DNA from: Granulicella sp. | Lineage (GTDB): Bacteria; Acidobacteriota; Terriglobia; Terriglobales; Acidobacteriaceae | Reading direction: 5' to 3' | Length of the DNA: 56,054 nt | Assembly: GCA_027339965.1 (NCBI GenBank) | Contig: DAHWNL010000044.1 | Span: 1 to 56,054, forward strand | In this document: piece by piece, positions 36,447 through 46,213 of the stretch | How the letters are laid out: each line of letters starts with the position of its first letter | Position numbering within the stretch: the first letter of the stretch is position 1 | Notes under the pieces: model-generated | Told to the model about the DNA's origin: nothing | Seen by the model: only the letters and a program-made list of their open reading frames with translations | Database searches by the model: none | Position numbers and translations under genes: made by a program

Positions 36447-37378
36447 TGACCGCTTCTCCCTGGCTCCCGATGAAAGGAGTTCATCACTCGATTGGCGCTC
36501 GTCTCCATAGGATGAAGTGGCGCCTGGTACCCTCCGGCTCCCATTGCGGCGGGAGCCATCAAAAAGGACGGCATCGTCAACTCAAGATCTTCCGCTACAT
36601 GGTCAATCAGCGGCCCTGGAATCAGAGGGATCTGCTCCACATAACCGAGGATCAGCGCATGTTCACAGATCAGGTTGATGGTGCGTGGAATTCCCCGGCT
36701 GTAACGGTGGACGAGTTGCGACGCCTCCGGAGAGAAGATGGTATGCTTGGCGCCGGCGATCCGTAAACGCTCCACAATATACTCGCCCGTTTGTTCCAGC
36801 GTGAGCGGCTGGGTGCGGCACCACAGAAAGATTCTCTGCCGGAGTTGCCGGACGCTGGGGTGGCGCAGCTTCTCTTCCAACTCGGGCTGACCGGAGAGCA
36901 CAATCTGCAGCAACTTTCCCGACGAAGACTCCAGATTGGTCAGTAGGCGAATCTCCTCCAGCAGCTCCCAGGAGAGATTCTGCGCCTCGTCGACCACCAC
37001 CACGCAGGTTTCTTGCCGGCGATAGCGCTCAATCAGCCAGCGATTGAGCTGCAGAAGCATGCCGGACTTGGTCCGCGAATCCGGCGTCAGGCCGAAGTCT
37101 GTAAGCACGAACTCCAGAAAATCCAGCGGATCCAGCAGAGGGTTGAACACAAACGACGTGGAAACGCGCTGCTGTCCGAGAGATCCCAGCGCAGACCGCA
37201 GCAGCGTGGTCTTGCCCGTTCCCACCTCTCCGGTGAGCACCGTAAAGCCCTTCCGCTCGGCGATGCCATACTCCAGTCCAGCCAGCGCCTCCCGGGTATG
37301 CGGCATCATGTAGAGAAACCGTGGATCAGGACTGGTCCCAAATGGGCAGGTCTGCAGCTTGTAAAAATTGGTATACAT
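36443..37378 (-). CDS. ExeA-family AAA ATPase (exosortase/EPS-associated)
   Basis: PFGTSPDPRF, GEVGTGKT, VVDEAQ, LSGQPEL, GIPRTIN. Confidence 0.92.
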   Translation of the reverse strand: MYTNFYKLQTCPFGTSPDPRFLYMMPHTREALAGLEYGIAERKGFTVLTGEVGTGKTTLLRSALGSLGQQRVSTSFVFNPLLDPLDFLEFVLTDFGLTPDSRTKSGMLLQLNRWLIERYRRQETCVVVVDEAQNLSWELLEEIRLLTNLESSSGKLLQIVLSGQPELEEKLRHPSVRQLRQRIFLWCRTQPLTLEQTGEYIVERLRIAGAKHTIFSPEASQLVHRYSRGIPRTINLICEHALILGYVEQIPLIPGPLIDHVAEDLELTMPSFLMAPAAMGAGGYQAPLHPMETSANRVMNSFHREPGRSGQ

Positions 37379-37381
37379 GGT

Positions 37382-38944
37382 CTACCCACCCGCATTCGCA
37401 AGAGAATTGTTGGCTGCGGCAATCTTTTTCTTCGACCGATTCCTCGGCAACGCGCCGCCAGGAAAGAAACCTGCCTTGCGCGCGCCCTTGCCCGGCCGCA
37501 CCTTGCCGATCATGGCCAGCGTCGGCAGTTTGGTGAACGCCCAGATGTCACGCTCCGATCGTAAGGACTTGTCGTTGTACTCCAGGAAGGCAATCACCAG
37601 CAGCCCGATTCCAAGCCCGGCCACCAGCCCGCCCACGGCGAACATGGGGCGGTTCGGGAAGGTAGGCGCGTCGGGGAGATTGGCATCGTCCATGACGTGG
37701 AACTGTTCCCCCTCCTGACGGCGCTCCAGGTCGGTCGCCATCTGCGCCTTATTCAACTTGTCCAGCAAGCTGTCATAGAAGCCTTGCGCGGTCTGATGAT
37801 TGCGCGTCAGATCCTTCATCTGCGCCGCAATGAGAGGCGTCGACTGAATGCGGTCCTGGTACTGCCGGATCTGGCCCTGGATCATCGCCTGCTGCTGCTT
37901 CTTCTGCCGAATCTCATCGCCGAGCGCTTTGATCTGCATCCGCATCCGTAACAAGCCGGGCGAGTCCACCAGCGGCGCAGGCGGAGGAGCAGCGCTGGCT
38001 TTGGGCGACGGCTTCGGCGCAGGAGCCTCCGCCATCTGCTTGCGCAGATCGTTGATCTCTCGCTCCGTAGACAGTACATCCGGATAGTCCGCCGTGTATC
38101 GAGTGCGCAGATCCGTCAGCCTCGCCTCCAGCTTTTGCAACTGAACTGCTTGCTCCTGCGGGCTCGACTTCTGGCTCTGGCCCGGCACGAACTCAGCCTG
38201 AGGCGTCTCCTGCGCCATCATCGCCTCTTCCAGCGACCTGTCCTGCTCCAACCGGGCCAGCGCCTGGGTGGTGGCCTGCAGTTCAGTGTTCAGACTGTTC
38301 AGCATATCCATGTTCGAATCCTGCTGATCAGGCAACTCCCCCATGTGCTCCCGCTCAAACTCCGCCAGCTTCTCATCCTGCGAATCAAGATCCTGCTTGG
38401 CCTGCTGGAGCTGCCCTTGAAGAAACTGCGTGGTCCCCTCCGCCGACTGCTCGCGCTCCTGCAGATTCTGACTCACAAAGAGAGAGGTAATCTCCCGGCA
38501 CACCAACTGCGCCGTGTGCGGGTCCGAGGCCGTAAACGAGATAAAAAAGCCTGGCAATCCCCCCGAGCCCACCGTCTCGGACTGAATCGGCTTGATTCCG
38601 ATTTCCTTCCGGGTCTTGGCCACCTTGTCGTCCATGTCCATGCCAGGGCCGCCCAGGTTGTACCGCTCGATGATCGGCTCCAGCCTGGACCTGCTAAGGA
38701 TCTGCTCCTTCATCGACGCCAGCCGGCTGTCCAGATCTTCGGCAAGGATTGGCTTCACAAAGGTATCCGGCACGGTCTGCGGCTGGATCAGCACCAGCGT
38801 CTGCGAGGTGTACTGCGGCGTCAGACGGTAGGTGATGGCTACCGCAAGAAACGGAACCAGAAGCGCTGGGATTAGGACGATCCAGCCTCTGCGCTTCACG
38901 ATGGCGCTGTAATCTTCAAAGTTCAGGGGACGATGACCTAGCAT
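37382..38944 (-). CDS. Polysaccharide co-polymerase / chain-length determinant (GumC/Wzz family)
   Basis: Two TM segments flanking a coiled coil; YTADYPDV, GEQFHVMD, PNR. Confidence 0.9.
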   Translation of the reverse strand: MLGHRPLNFEDYSAIVKRRGWIVLIPALLVPFLAVAITYRLTPQYTSQTLVLIQPQTVPDTFVKPILAEDLDSRLASMKEQILSRSRLEPIIERYNLGGPGMDMDDKVAKTRKEIGIKPIQSETVGSGGLPGFFISFTASDPHTAQLVCREITSLFVSQNLQEREQSAEGTTQFLQGQLQQAKQDLDSQDEKLAEFEREHMGELPDQQDSNMDMLNSLNTELQATTQALARLEQDRSLEEAMMAQETPQAEFVPGQSQKSSPQEQAVQLQKLEARLTDLRTRYTADYPDVLSTEREINDLRKQMAEAPAPKPSPKASAAPPPAPLVDSPGLLRMRMQIKALGDEIRQKKQQQAMIQGQIRQYQDRIQSTPLIAAQMKDLTRNHQTAQGFYDSLLDKLNKAQMATDLERRQEGEQFHVMDDANLPDAPTFPNRPMFAVGGLVAGLGIGLLVIAFLEYNDKSLRSERDIWAFTKLPTLAMIGKVRPGKGARKAGFFPGGALPRNRSKKKIAAANNSLANAGG

Positions 38945-38957
38945 GCGAGTTTCCTTC

Positions 38958-40244
38958 TTATTGCTGCGGTGCAAAATGATGGGCGGGAGGAGAGAACGTC
39001 ACCCCAACCGCATAGATCTGCTCCAATCCGTTGAACGCCGAAAGCAACGCTCCCGAACCTTGTGCGTTCTGGTACTCAGCCGTGTAGCTGAAGTAGGTTG
39101 ACCAACTGCGGCCCAGACTGCGCGAGATCTGCGCCCCGCCGTAGGTGGCATCGTAGTTCAGATCGTAGCCTGGCACCTGCCCCAGAGCCGTGCTCTTCGC
39201 CCAGGATCCGGTCAAGGCTCCCTGCCATACCGAGTTGAATTGGTGGTTGTAGACTCCGGCAACCGTATCGGTCAGAGCTCCATACACTACGCCCGAGCCG
39301 GCGTTCGTGGCGCGCGAGAAGTAGATGCTGGCGCTGCTCAGCTTGCGCTGATAGACCAAACCCGCGCTGCCCACCATGGTGATCTGAGCGGGCAGCAGAG
39401 CTTCGGTCAATCCGGTTCCATAGGTCCGCTGCGGACCACCTGAGACGTTGATGCTCAGCAGGGGCGTGATCTGCTTCTGATATTCCACAATCACAGACTC
39501 CGCCGTGAAGGGAAGAACGAAGCCCTCGAAGGAATCCGTCGTGTACTCATAGTTCACCGTCGCATTCACCGAACTGTTGGCGTTGATCCGGTACGTCGGT
39601 CCCACCGATCCCATCTCTTCGGTCGAGTCGATATTGTTGTTGCCCGTAAAATGCAGGATCTGCCAGGATCCGGTTCCATTCATCGTAAGATTCCCGGTGA
39701 TGGTGCGCGTGACTTCACCGGTCAGCCCATTCCCCAACTGAGTTGCAAAGCCCGTAAGGATAGGCTGCGCCGGTTCAATTCCCGTCTGCACCGGCGCCAC
39801 GCCGATATCGCCCAGGCCGGGAATCCCGGAAAGACCGGTCGTGGGGGTGTCCGGCATATAGCTGAACCCATCGTCGGCCATAAAGATCCAGTTCTTCGTG
39901 GTCACCACCTGAGAGGCAGTCACGTTCTGGAAGGTCGTATTCGAGGGATATCCCGCCTCGTTGAAGTAAAGATACCCACCCGAGTACACCAGGCTGAACG
40001 GTTTGCTGACGCTGGAGGACAGATAAGCCAGATCCCCACTCAGCGAGCTCATATAGGCATTTCCCGTCGCGCCCCCATAGCCGGTGATCAACGTCTGCGA
40101 TCCGTTCAGAGCGTAGGTCAATGTTCCCTCTACCTTGGGCAGCGAAAACCCGAAGCTCGGCTGATTGACGATGGGCTGATTTTGCCCTCGGGCCGTTGCT
40201 CCCAGCGTCATCACGAGAATGGGGACCATAAGGCGAGTCTTCAT
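38958..40244 (-). CDS. EPS-associated outer-membrane beta-barrel protein
   Basis: Signal peptide; Tyr/Gly/Ser-rich amphipathic strands; lies between the OPX gene and the co-polymerase. Alternative start at 40256. Confidence 0.7.
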   Translation of the reverse strand: MKTRLMVPILVMTLGATARGQNQPIVNQPSFGFSLPKVEGTLTYALNGSQTLITGYGGATGNAYMSSLSGDLAYLSSSVSKPFSLVYSGGYLYFNEAGYPSNTTFQNVTASQVVTTKNWIFMADDGFSYMPDTPTTGLSGIPGLGDIGVAPVQTGIEPAQPILTGFATQLGNGLTGEVTRTITGNLTMNGTGSWQILHFTGNNNIDSTEEMGSVGPTYRINANSSVNATVNYEYTTDSFEGFVLPFTAESVIVEYQKQITPLLSINVSGGPQRTYGTGLTEALLPAQITMVGSAGLVYQRKLSSASIYFSRATNAGSGVVYGALTDTVAGVYNHQFNSVWQGALTGSWAKSTALGQVPGYDLNYDATYGGAQISRSLGRSWSTYFSYTAEYQNAQGSGALLSAFNGLEQIYAVGVTFSPPAHHFAPQQ

Positions 40245-40252
40245 CAATACCC

Positions 40253-40915
40253 TCATGGGACCACGATCGTATCCCCGGATAGCAGGGGAACGTCCTGTCG
40301 GTTATCGCCCTTCAGGGCGCTTTTGTAGTTGAAGGGAATCTTCTGTTGATGCCCCTGCGGACCACGCAGAATATAGATATGCTTTCCATTGGTATAAGGT
40401 GTCAGGCCCCCGGCGGAGGCAATGGCCTGCAGCGGCGTCATCCCCGACGTCAGTTGGATCGGCCCGGCGTGCTGCACCTCCCCGACCAGATAGACCCTCT
40501 GGCTATCCACGGCCGTCACCACCACGGAGACGACCGGGTCCTGGACGTACTTCTTCAGCTTCAGGGTGATGTCATGCGCCAGGTCCATGGGCGTCAGTCC
40601 TGCGGCCGGTACATCTCCCAGCAGCACCAGCGAGATCATCCCATCCGGCCGCACCGGGAAGGTTCCGGAGAGACTTGGTTCCTGCCAGACCGTAATCTGC
40701 AGATGGTCCTGGGGGCCGATCCGATAGGTGGAAGCGTCCGTCTGCCCTCCGGCTTGCGGGCTGCCGGCCTGCGGCTGGCTCACCGTCTTGGCCGGGGTGA
40801 TGATCTGCCGCGCCGACGTTTGGGCCACAAGCCCCGGCGCTAGCGCCAGCGCCACCCCCCAGACCATAGCCGAACGTGTCACTGCCAGCCTCCCTCTTTG
40901 CTGCGTGGCTGTCAT
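40253..40915 (-). CDS. Short polysaccharide export (OPX/Wza-like) protein, Poly_export plus SLBB
   Basis: YRIGPQDHLQITVW..VRPDGMISL..AAGLTP..GEV..AIASAGG..GDTIVVP. Confidence 0.92.
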   Translation of the reverse strand: MTATQQRGRLAVTRSAMVWGVALALAPGLVAQTSARQIITPAKTVSQPQAGSPQAGGQTDASTYRIGPQDHLQITVWQEPSLSGTFPVRPDGMISLVLLGDVPAAGLTPMDLAHDITLKLKKYVQDPVVSVVVTAVDSQRVYLVGEVQHAGPIQLTSGMTPLQAIASAGGLTPYTNGKHIYILRGPQGHQQKIPFNYKSALKGDNRQDVPLLSGDTIVVP

Positions 40916-40941
40916 GAAGACTCCTTTGATGCCTTAACGCT

Positions 40942-40958
40942 TGCACTGCGGGGGCCAA
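40942..40958 (-). promoter_or_regulatory. Sigma54 -24/-12 promoter of the EPS export operon
   Basis: TTGGCCCCCGCAGTGCA (GG-N10-GC), 26 bp before the ATG, which has an AAGGAG RBS. Confidence 0.65.
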
Positions 40959-41116
40959 ACGCAAAGTTTTGCATGCACTCTTTCGCCACAAACGCATCCT
41001 CAGATACAAGTGATTTATTTTGTTGCTATTGATCGCTTTGCTTCAGACGTCCAAACGATCTGATGCCGGCCAATCTGTGAACTTAGGCGAGAAAGTGATG
41101 CATGACGACGGGAAAA

Positions 41117-41134
41117 GTGGAAAATCAGTTCCAC
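41117..41134. promoter_or_regulatory. Candidate enhancer (UAS) palindrome
   Basis: GTGGAA-N6-TTCCAC, ~160 bp upstream of the sigma54 site at 40942-40958. Confidence 0.4.
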
Positions 41135-41743
41135 ATTGGCTAGGAGACTTCCTCTCCCTGGGAAGTCCATCGCACTCGCTACGGCTGATCTTGCTGCATG
41201 CATTCGATCCACCGGCGGAAGATTTGGGATCTTCCCGTTCGGTCGGCTCACCACTGCCACCCCGAATCAAGAGACCTCTGACAACCCTTCGCGATGGCCC
41301 AATTCAGCGCGATACAGGCTGAGACCCTGTCTGAAACTTCCGGAGCATCCCTGGCTGCTTCCCCGGCCCTTCAGGAGAAAGACCCTTCACCAACGCAAGG
41401 TTTCCGGTCTTCCCGGCTCCTGACCCAGCCAGCCCTGGAATGCTTCAACTTCAAGAATCTATTTGGCTTAATCTCATTTTTTCCTGCATCACTCGTGGCT
41501 GGAAATCATGCGGTTCTCACTGCCGGAGCTTTGCCCTTGGGTTCGGCTCAACGCCCCTTTTGCGGGAGCGGTCAAGAGGCGACTGAGCCTCATACCCCTC
41601 CCCCGAGCTCTGGCGAGGATCTCGGCAGCTCCCAGGCACGAGCATCCGGCGGCACTGCCAAAGCCGAGCATAACTCCCGCAGTGAACGGTCCAGTGGCTG
41701 AAAACTGCTCCACCGCGCATTTTTGCAATCCCTTTTCCTGGTT

Positions 41744-41760
41744 CTGGCAGTGGAATTGCT
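41744..41760 (+). promoter_or_regulatory. Sigma54 -24/-12 promoter of exosortase-epsI
   Basis: CTGGCAGTGGAATTGCT, near consensus, 27 bp before the ATG. Confidence 0.75.
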
Positions 41761-41787
41761 CTACCACAGCAAGCATAGGATACCCGA

Positions 41788-42708
41788 ATGGCTACTTCCC
41801 ACACTCCAGCCCACGCTCTGCTGCGATCCGAGCCACCACCCACCCATCCAAGGCAGAGTTTTCAGTGGAATTGGCCAGCTTATCTCCTCTTAAGCCTCAT
41901 CATCGCTGGGCTTTACTACAAGATCGTCGCCGACCTGGTGGTCAACTGGTACACCGATCCTGACTTCTCGCATGGCTTTCTGGTAGTGCCGTTTGCCGCA
42001 TTCCTTCTCTGGCAGAAGCGCGAGATTCTTTGCAATACCCCCATCCGGCAGAGCTGGTCGGGAATCTGGCTGGTCTTCTCAGCCGTTATCTTTCTCCTGC
42101 TGGGCGTTTACGGGGCGGAGATCTTCCTTTCGCGCGTCTCGCTGGTGATGCTGCTCGCAGGGGTGGTTTGGACTCTTCTTGGCGGGGCCATGCTTCGCGA
42201 AGTTCGCTTCGCTCTGCTCGTGCTCCTTCTGGCGATACCCATCCCCGCGGTCATCTTCAACCAACTCACGTTTCCGCTGCAGCTTCTGGCCTCCCGATTG
42301 GCGGCCGCGATCTTGCCCGTCTTCGGCGTTCCCGTGCTGCGCGACGGCAATGTGATTCAGCTTCCCGCGCTGCAACTGGAGGTTGCTGAGGCCTGCAGCG
42401 GCATTCGATCCCTGATGAGCCTGTTCGCCGTAGCGGTTCTCTATGGATATTTTCTGGAACACAGCACCTGGAGTCGCACCATTCTGGCTCTGGCGAGCAT
42501 TCCGATCGCCGTGGTGGCCAACGCCGCGCGCATCGTCGGCACGGGGCTCTGCGTTCAGTATTGGAATCCCGACAAGGCGGTAGGCTTCTTCCATGAGTTC
42601 TCCGGATGGCTCATGTTCCTGGTCTCGCTGGTTTGTCTCTATCTGCTGCATAGCTTGATGCGTCTTACCACTCGCGCGGCCAAGCCCGCAGCCTGCGAGG
42701 ACCAATGA
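41788..42708 (+). CDS. xrt: Exosortase (EpsH family)
   Basis: Multi-TM protein; DFSHGFLV, PLQLLAS, and the Cys/Arg/His triad in VAEACSGIRSL, ANAARI, FHEFSG. Confidence 0.95.
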   Translation: MATSHTPAHALLRSEPPPTHPRQSFQWNWPAYLLLSLIIAGLYYKIVADLVVNWYTDPDFSHGFLVVPFAAFLLWQKREILCNTPIRQSWSGIWLVFSAVIFLLLGVYGAEIFLSRVSLVMLLAGVVWTLLGGAMLREVRFALLVLLLAIPIPAVIFNQLTFPLQLLASRLAAAILPVFGVPVLRDGNVIQLPALQLEVAEACSGIRSLMSLFAVAVLYGYFLEHSTWSRTILALASIPIAVVANAARIVGTGLCVQYWNPDKAVGFFHEFSGWLMFLVSLVCLYLLHSLMRLTTRAAKPAACEDQ

Positions 42709-43361
42709 GATCTCCCCGCTATTGGGTTATCGTGTTTTTGCTGATGGCGACCTGGATAACGCTCACCGTCCGCGCCGCCGTCGACCGGGTTCTCCCCAGC
42801 GAGGACCTCAGCCATCTTCCGCACACCCTCGGAAGATGGAAGGGTCAGGATATCCCGATTCAACCCGACATCCTTGCGGTGCTGGGCAACGGTCGCTTTC
42901 TGGACCGCTTTTACACGGATCCTGCCCCCTCTGGCCAATCTGCCCAACCACCTGTCTCGCTTTTCATCGGGTACTTCCCGACCCAGCGCACCGGCCAGTC
43001 CATCCACTCGCCGCAAAACTGTTTGCCCGGCGCCGGCTGGAGCTTCCTCTCCTCCAAGACCATCACTCTGGATCCGCCCGGGTTCCACCGCTACCAAGTG
43101 GGCGAGTATCTAATCACTGACGGAACCAGCAAGGAGGTGGTCCTCTACTGGTATCTGGCCCAGGGCCGGAGCATCGCCAATGATTACCTCGCCAAGGCCT
43201 ATATGATGCTGGACGCTATTCGCTACAACCGCACCGACGGTGCCCTCGTCCGGGTGGTCACCTCGCTCGAACCCGGCGAGGCTCTGGCCACGGCCGAGCA
43301 ACGCGACATTCGGTTCGCCGATCGTCTTGTGCCTCTGTTGCCGCGGTTCATCCCCAATTGA
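42705..43361 (+). CDS. epsI: EpsI-family exosortase-associated protein
   Basis: IHSPQNCLPGAGW, VLYWY, RTDGALVRV; ATGA overlap with the exosortase stop. Confidence 0.92.
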   Translation: MRSPRYWVIVFLLMATWITLTVRAAVDRVLPSEDLSHLPHTLGRWKGQDIPIQPDILAVLGNGRFLDRFYTDPAPSGQSAQPPVSLFIGYFPTQRTGQSIHSPQNCLPGAGWSFLSSKTITLDPPGFHRYQVGEYLITDGTSKEVVLYWYLAQGRSIANDYLAKAYMMLDAIRYNRTDGALVRVVTSLEPGEALATAEQRDIRFADRLVPLLPRFIPN

Positions 43362-43388
43362 CTCGCCTCGGAGAAACTCCCCGGCGAG

Positions 43389-43404
43389 TGGCTGCTGGAT
43401 TGCA
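43389..43404 (+). promoter_or_regulatory. Sigma54 -24/-12 promoter of the TPR gene
   Basis: TGGCTGCTGGATTGCA (GG-N10-GC with TTGCA). Confidence 0.6.
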
Positions 43405-43506
43405 GCAAGCATATTTAACGAATCACAGGGTGCGTCCTTCCAACCGCCGGATTGCTCCCAACCGCCCAAAGTTCATGATGGAAGTGGAAGAAGAAAAGAA
43501 AGAAGG

Positions 43507-45804
43507 ATGAAGATGCTCAAAAAACAGGGAACGGTCCAGCCTGCCGCGTTCATGGTCATTCTTATCGGCGCAACCCTGCTACAGGGATGCACGCGCGATC
43601 CCAACGTCCGGAAAGCCAGGTATCTGAAGAGCGGAGAACACTACGCCGCAGAGGGCAAGCAGCAGGAGGCGATCATTCAGTTCTCCAACGCCATCAAGAT
43701 CGACCCCAACTTTGCCGCGGCGCACTACGATCTCGCCAAGGCGTACCTGCATCTGGGCGCGTTTGCCGGAGCCTTCAGCGAACTGCAGCGTACCGTAGCT
43801 CTGGATCCACATAACATTCAGGCGCGGATGGATATGGGCGATCTTCTGCTGGCCGCCCGTCAGTACGCTGCCGCCAAGGATCAGGCCAACGCCATCCTGG
43901 CCTTGCAGCCCAAGAATGCCAACGCCATGGTGCTGCTCTCTAACATCGATGTGGCTCAGGGAAACCTCAACGACGCTCTCCAGCAGGTGAATCGCGCCCT
44001 GGCGCTCGATCCGAATAACTCCAACTTTCATGCGGCTCTCGGCCTGATCGAACTTCGCGACCCCGCCCAACAGCAGGCTGCCGAGGCTGAGTTGCAGAAG
44101 GCGATCTCCCTGGATCCGAAGAACGCGGCAGCGCATAACATTCTCTCCGGAATCCTGATCAAAGACGGCGACATGCAGGGCGCCCAACAGCAGTCCCAGA
44201 CCGCCGTCACGCTTGATCCTAAAAACATCCGCTTCCGGCTCCAACTGGCCGCCATTGAGATCCACAATGGCGAACAGGCAGCCGCAGAAGCCACCCTCCA
44301 ACAGGGTACCGAGCTGCTTTCCGACAACCAGCAGGGTGCCGATCTGTTATGGAACTACTACGCTAGCACTCATCAAGTGGACAAAGCCTCTTCAGTCTAC
44401 GCCGCCCTTGTGGCCAAGCACCCCGGCAGCGTTCCGCTCAAGATCACCTACGCCCACATTCTCATTCAGCAGCAGAAGTACGCCCAGGCCAAGACCATCT
44501 CGGATCAGCTCATGAAGTCCAACGCCGGCAACCCCGATGTCGCCGTTCTCAACGCCATGCTGCTCTTGCAGGCTGGCCGAGCCAATGACGCCTACTCCGC
44601 ACTGGAGAAGGAAGCGAGCAACTGGCCGGATAACTTCGCAATTAAACTCTGGCTGGGGCAAGCTGCCATGGCCAAAGGGGATCTCTCCGATGCCGAGCAG
44701 AGCTTCCAGTCTGCTGCCCATCTCCAGCCCAACAATCTCGCCGCCGAGACGGGCCTGGCTCAAGTGGCCAATCAACTGGGAGACTACAACCTCTTGATGC
44801 AGGTTGCCACCAACACGCTCGCCAGCCTCCCAAACTCTTCCCGAGCCTATCTATGGAAGGCCGTGGCCGAAGTCCATCAACAACAGCTGGATGCCGCCGC
44901 TTCTGACCTTCAGACGGCTATTGCGAAGAACCCCAACAACATTGAAGCCATGCAGGAGCTTGGGGCCCTGCGAATGAACCAGGGGAAAATTCCGGAGGGA
45001 CAACAGCTCCTGGAACAGGCGCTCGCCGCCAACCCCAATGACGTAGCCGCGCTGGGTATTCTGGTTGGTTACGATCTACATCAGAATCAGGTTCCGCAGG
45101 CTCTGGCTCGAGTCCAGCAACAGATCACCAAAGCGCCCGCCAACAGCCAGATGTATGACCTTCTCTCCGAGATCCAGATGCGCTCCAAAGATGTCTCGGC
45201 GGCCGTCTCCTCCGCGCAGAAGGCGATGCAGCTCAACCCCTCCGATGGCGAGGCCATCACCGACTACACGCGCGCGGAGGTGGCGCAGGGCGATCCGCAG
45301 GCTGCTCTGTCTTCCTGGAAGACATGGACGGCTGCCCATCCCGACGAGGCTCACGGCTACACGGTGATGGGAGCCCTGGAGGAGGCGCTGGCCGCTCCCG
45401 ATGCGGCGGAGGCTGACTACAAGAAGGCTTTGGGTATTGAGCCCACGGAGCCCACAGCCGCCAACAACCTCGCCTATTTGATGATGCAGCGCGGCCAGGA
45501 CGTCGATGTGGCTCTCTCCCTGGCCGAGATCGCTCATCGCGGCATGCCCAACTCCCCAGCCACTGCCGACACCCTGGCCTGGGCCTACTATCTGAAGGGC
45601 ACGTATGGATCGGCGCACGATCTACTGGAGACCGCCGTCAAGGACGATCCGGATGACGCGTCGATCCAGTACCATCTGGGAATGATCGACAGCAAGCTGG
45701 GCAACAAAGCCGATGCGCGAACCCATCTGCAGAAGGCATTGTCGCTGGAGCCCAACACCGCGACCGGCAAGAGCGCCGCTCAGGCGCTACACTCCATCGG
45801 CTGA
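43507..45804 (+). CDS. TPR-repeat lipoprotein (PrsT-like, PEP-CTERM system)
   Basis: Lipobox LLQGC, many TPR units, AANNLAYL..DTLAWAYY. Confidence 0.9.
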   Translation: MKMLKKQGTVQPAAFMVILIGATLLQGCTRDPNVRKARYLKSGEHYAAEGKQQEAIIQFSNAIKIDPNFAAAHYDLAKAYLHLGAFAGAFSELQRTVALDPHNIQARMDMGDLLLAARQYAAAKDQANAILALQPKNANAMVLLSNIDVAQGNLNDALQQVNRALALDPNNSNFHAALGLIELRDPAQQQAAEAELQKAISLDPKNAAAHNILSGILIKDGDMQGAQQQSQTAVTLDPKNIRFRLQLAAIEIHNGEQAAAEATLQQGTELLSDNQQGADLLWNYYASTHQVDKASSVYAALVAKHPGSVPLKITYAHILIQQQKYAQAKTISDQLMKSNAGNPDVAVLNAMLLLQAGRANDAYSALEKEASNWPDNFAIKLWLGQAAMAKGDLSDAEQSFQSAAHLQPNNLAAETGLAQVANQLGDYNLLMQVATNTLASLPNSSRAYLWKAVAEVHQQQLDAAASDLQTAIAKNPNNIEAMQELGALRMNQGKIPEGQQLLEQALAANPNDVAALGILVGYDLHQNQVPQALARVQQQITKAPANSQMYDLLSEIQMRSKDVSAAVSSAQKAMQLNPSDGEAITDYTRAEVAQGDPQAALSSWKTWTAAHPDEAHGYTVMGALEEALAAPDAAEADYKKALGIEPTEPTAANNLAYLMMQRGQDVDVALSLAEIAHRGMPNSPATADTLAWAYYLKGTYGSAHDLLETAVKDDPDDASIQYHLGMIDSKLGNKADARTHLQKALSLEPNTATGKSAAQALHSIG

Positions 45805-45806
45805 GA

Positions 45807-45833
45807 TCCGCGCCGCTCCGCGAACGGCGCGGA
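45807..45833. terminator. Hairpin after the TPR gene (possible terminator)
   Basis: ccgcgccg-N9-cggcgcgg directly after the stop codon; no clear U-tract. Confidence 0.35.
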
Positions 45834-45949
45834 GGATCTGTAATTCAGCCCATCCTCCGCGCCCTTTGCGAGCCGGAACGAGCGAATGCGCCTGCTTGCT
45901 TCGGCGAAGTCCGCCGATGATGGCTGGAATCGCCTCTGCGACTCTCAGT

Positions 45950-45987
45950 CTGATGATTCGTCAAGAGACTGATGATTCATCAAGAGA
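45950..45987. repeat. 19-bp tandem repeat containing a palindrome
   Basis: ctgatgattcgtcaagaga / ctgatgattcatcaagaga. Confidence 0.85.
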
Positions 45988-46213
45988 CAGAGAGCCGCCT
46001 GGGAGGGATTCAAGTGTAACCAGAAACAGGAGCGATCCATGCCAAGTTCCGCCGGTCAACCACTTTGGCCGGCGATCGCCGCTTGCGTGTGGACGCCGCC
46101 CGGCTTGCCATGATGCTTGGATCCCACGCCGCAAGCAAACCTGGCGATAACCCCCAAGCTGGAGAACGCGCGCTGCCCGCCCGCTCCAAAGCGTCCCTCC
46201 GCGAGGTCCAGCG

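Noticed and set aside
45976..46040. SAM-I riboswitch starting TTCATCAAGAG
   Set aside because: There is no kink-turn or GCAACC core and no downstream co-oriented gene.
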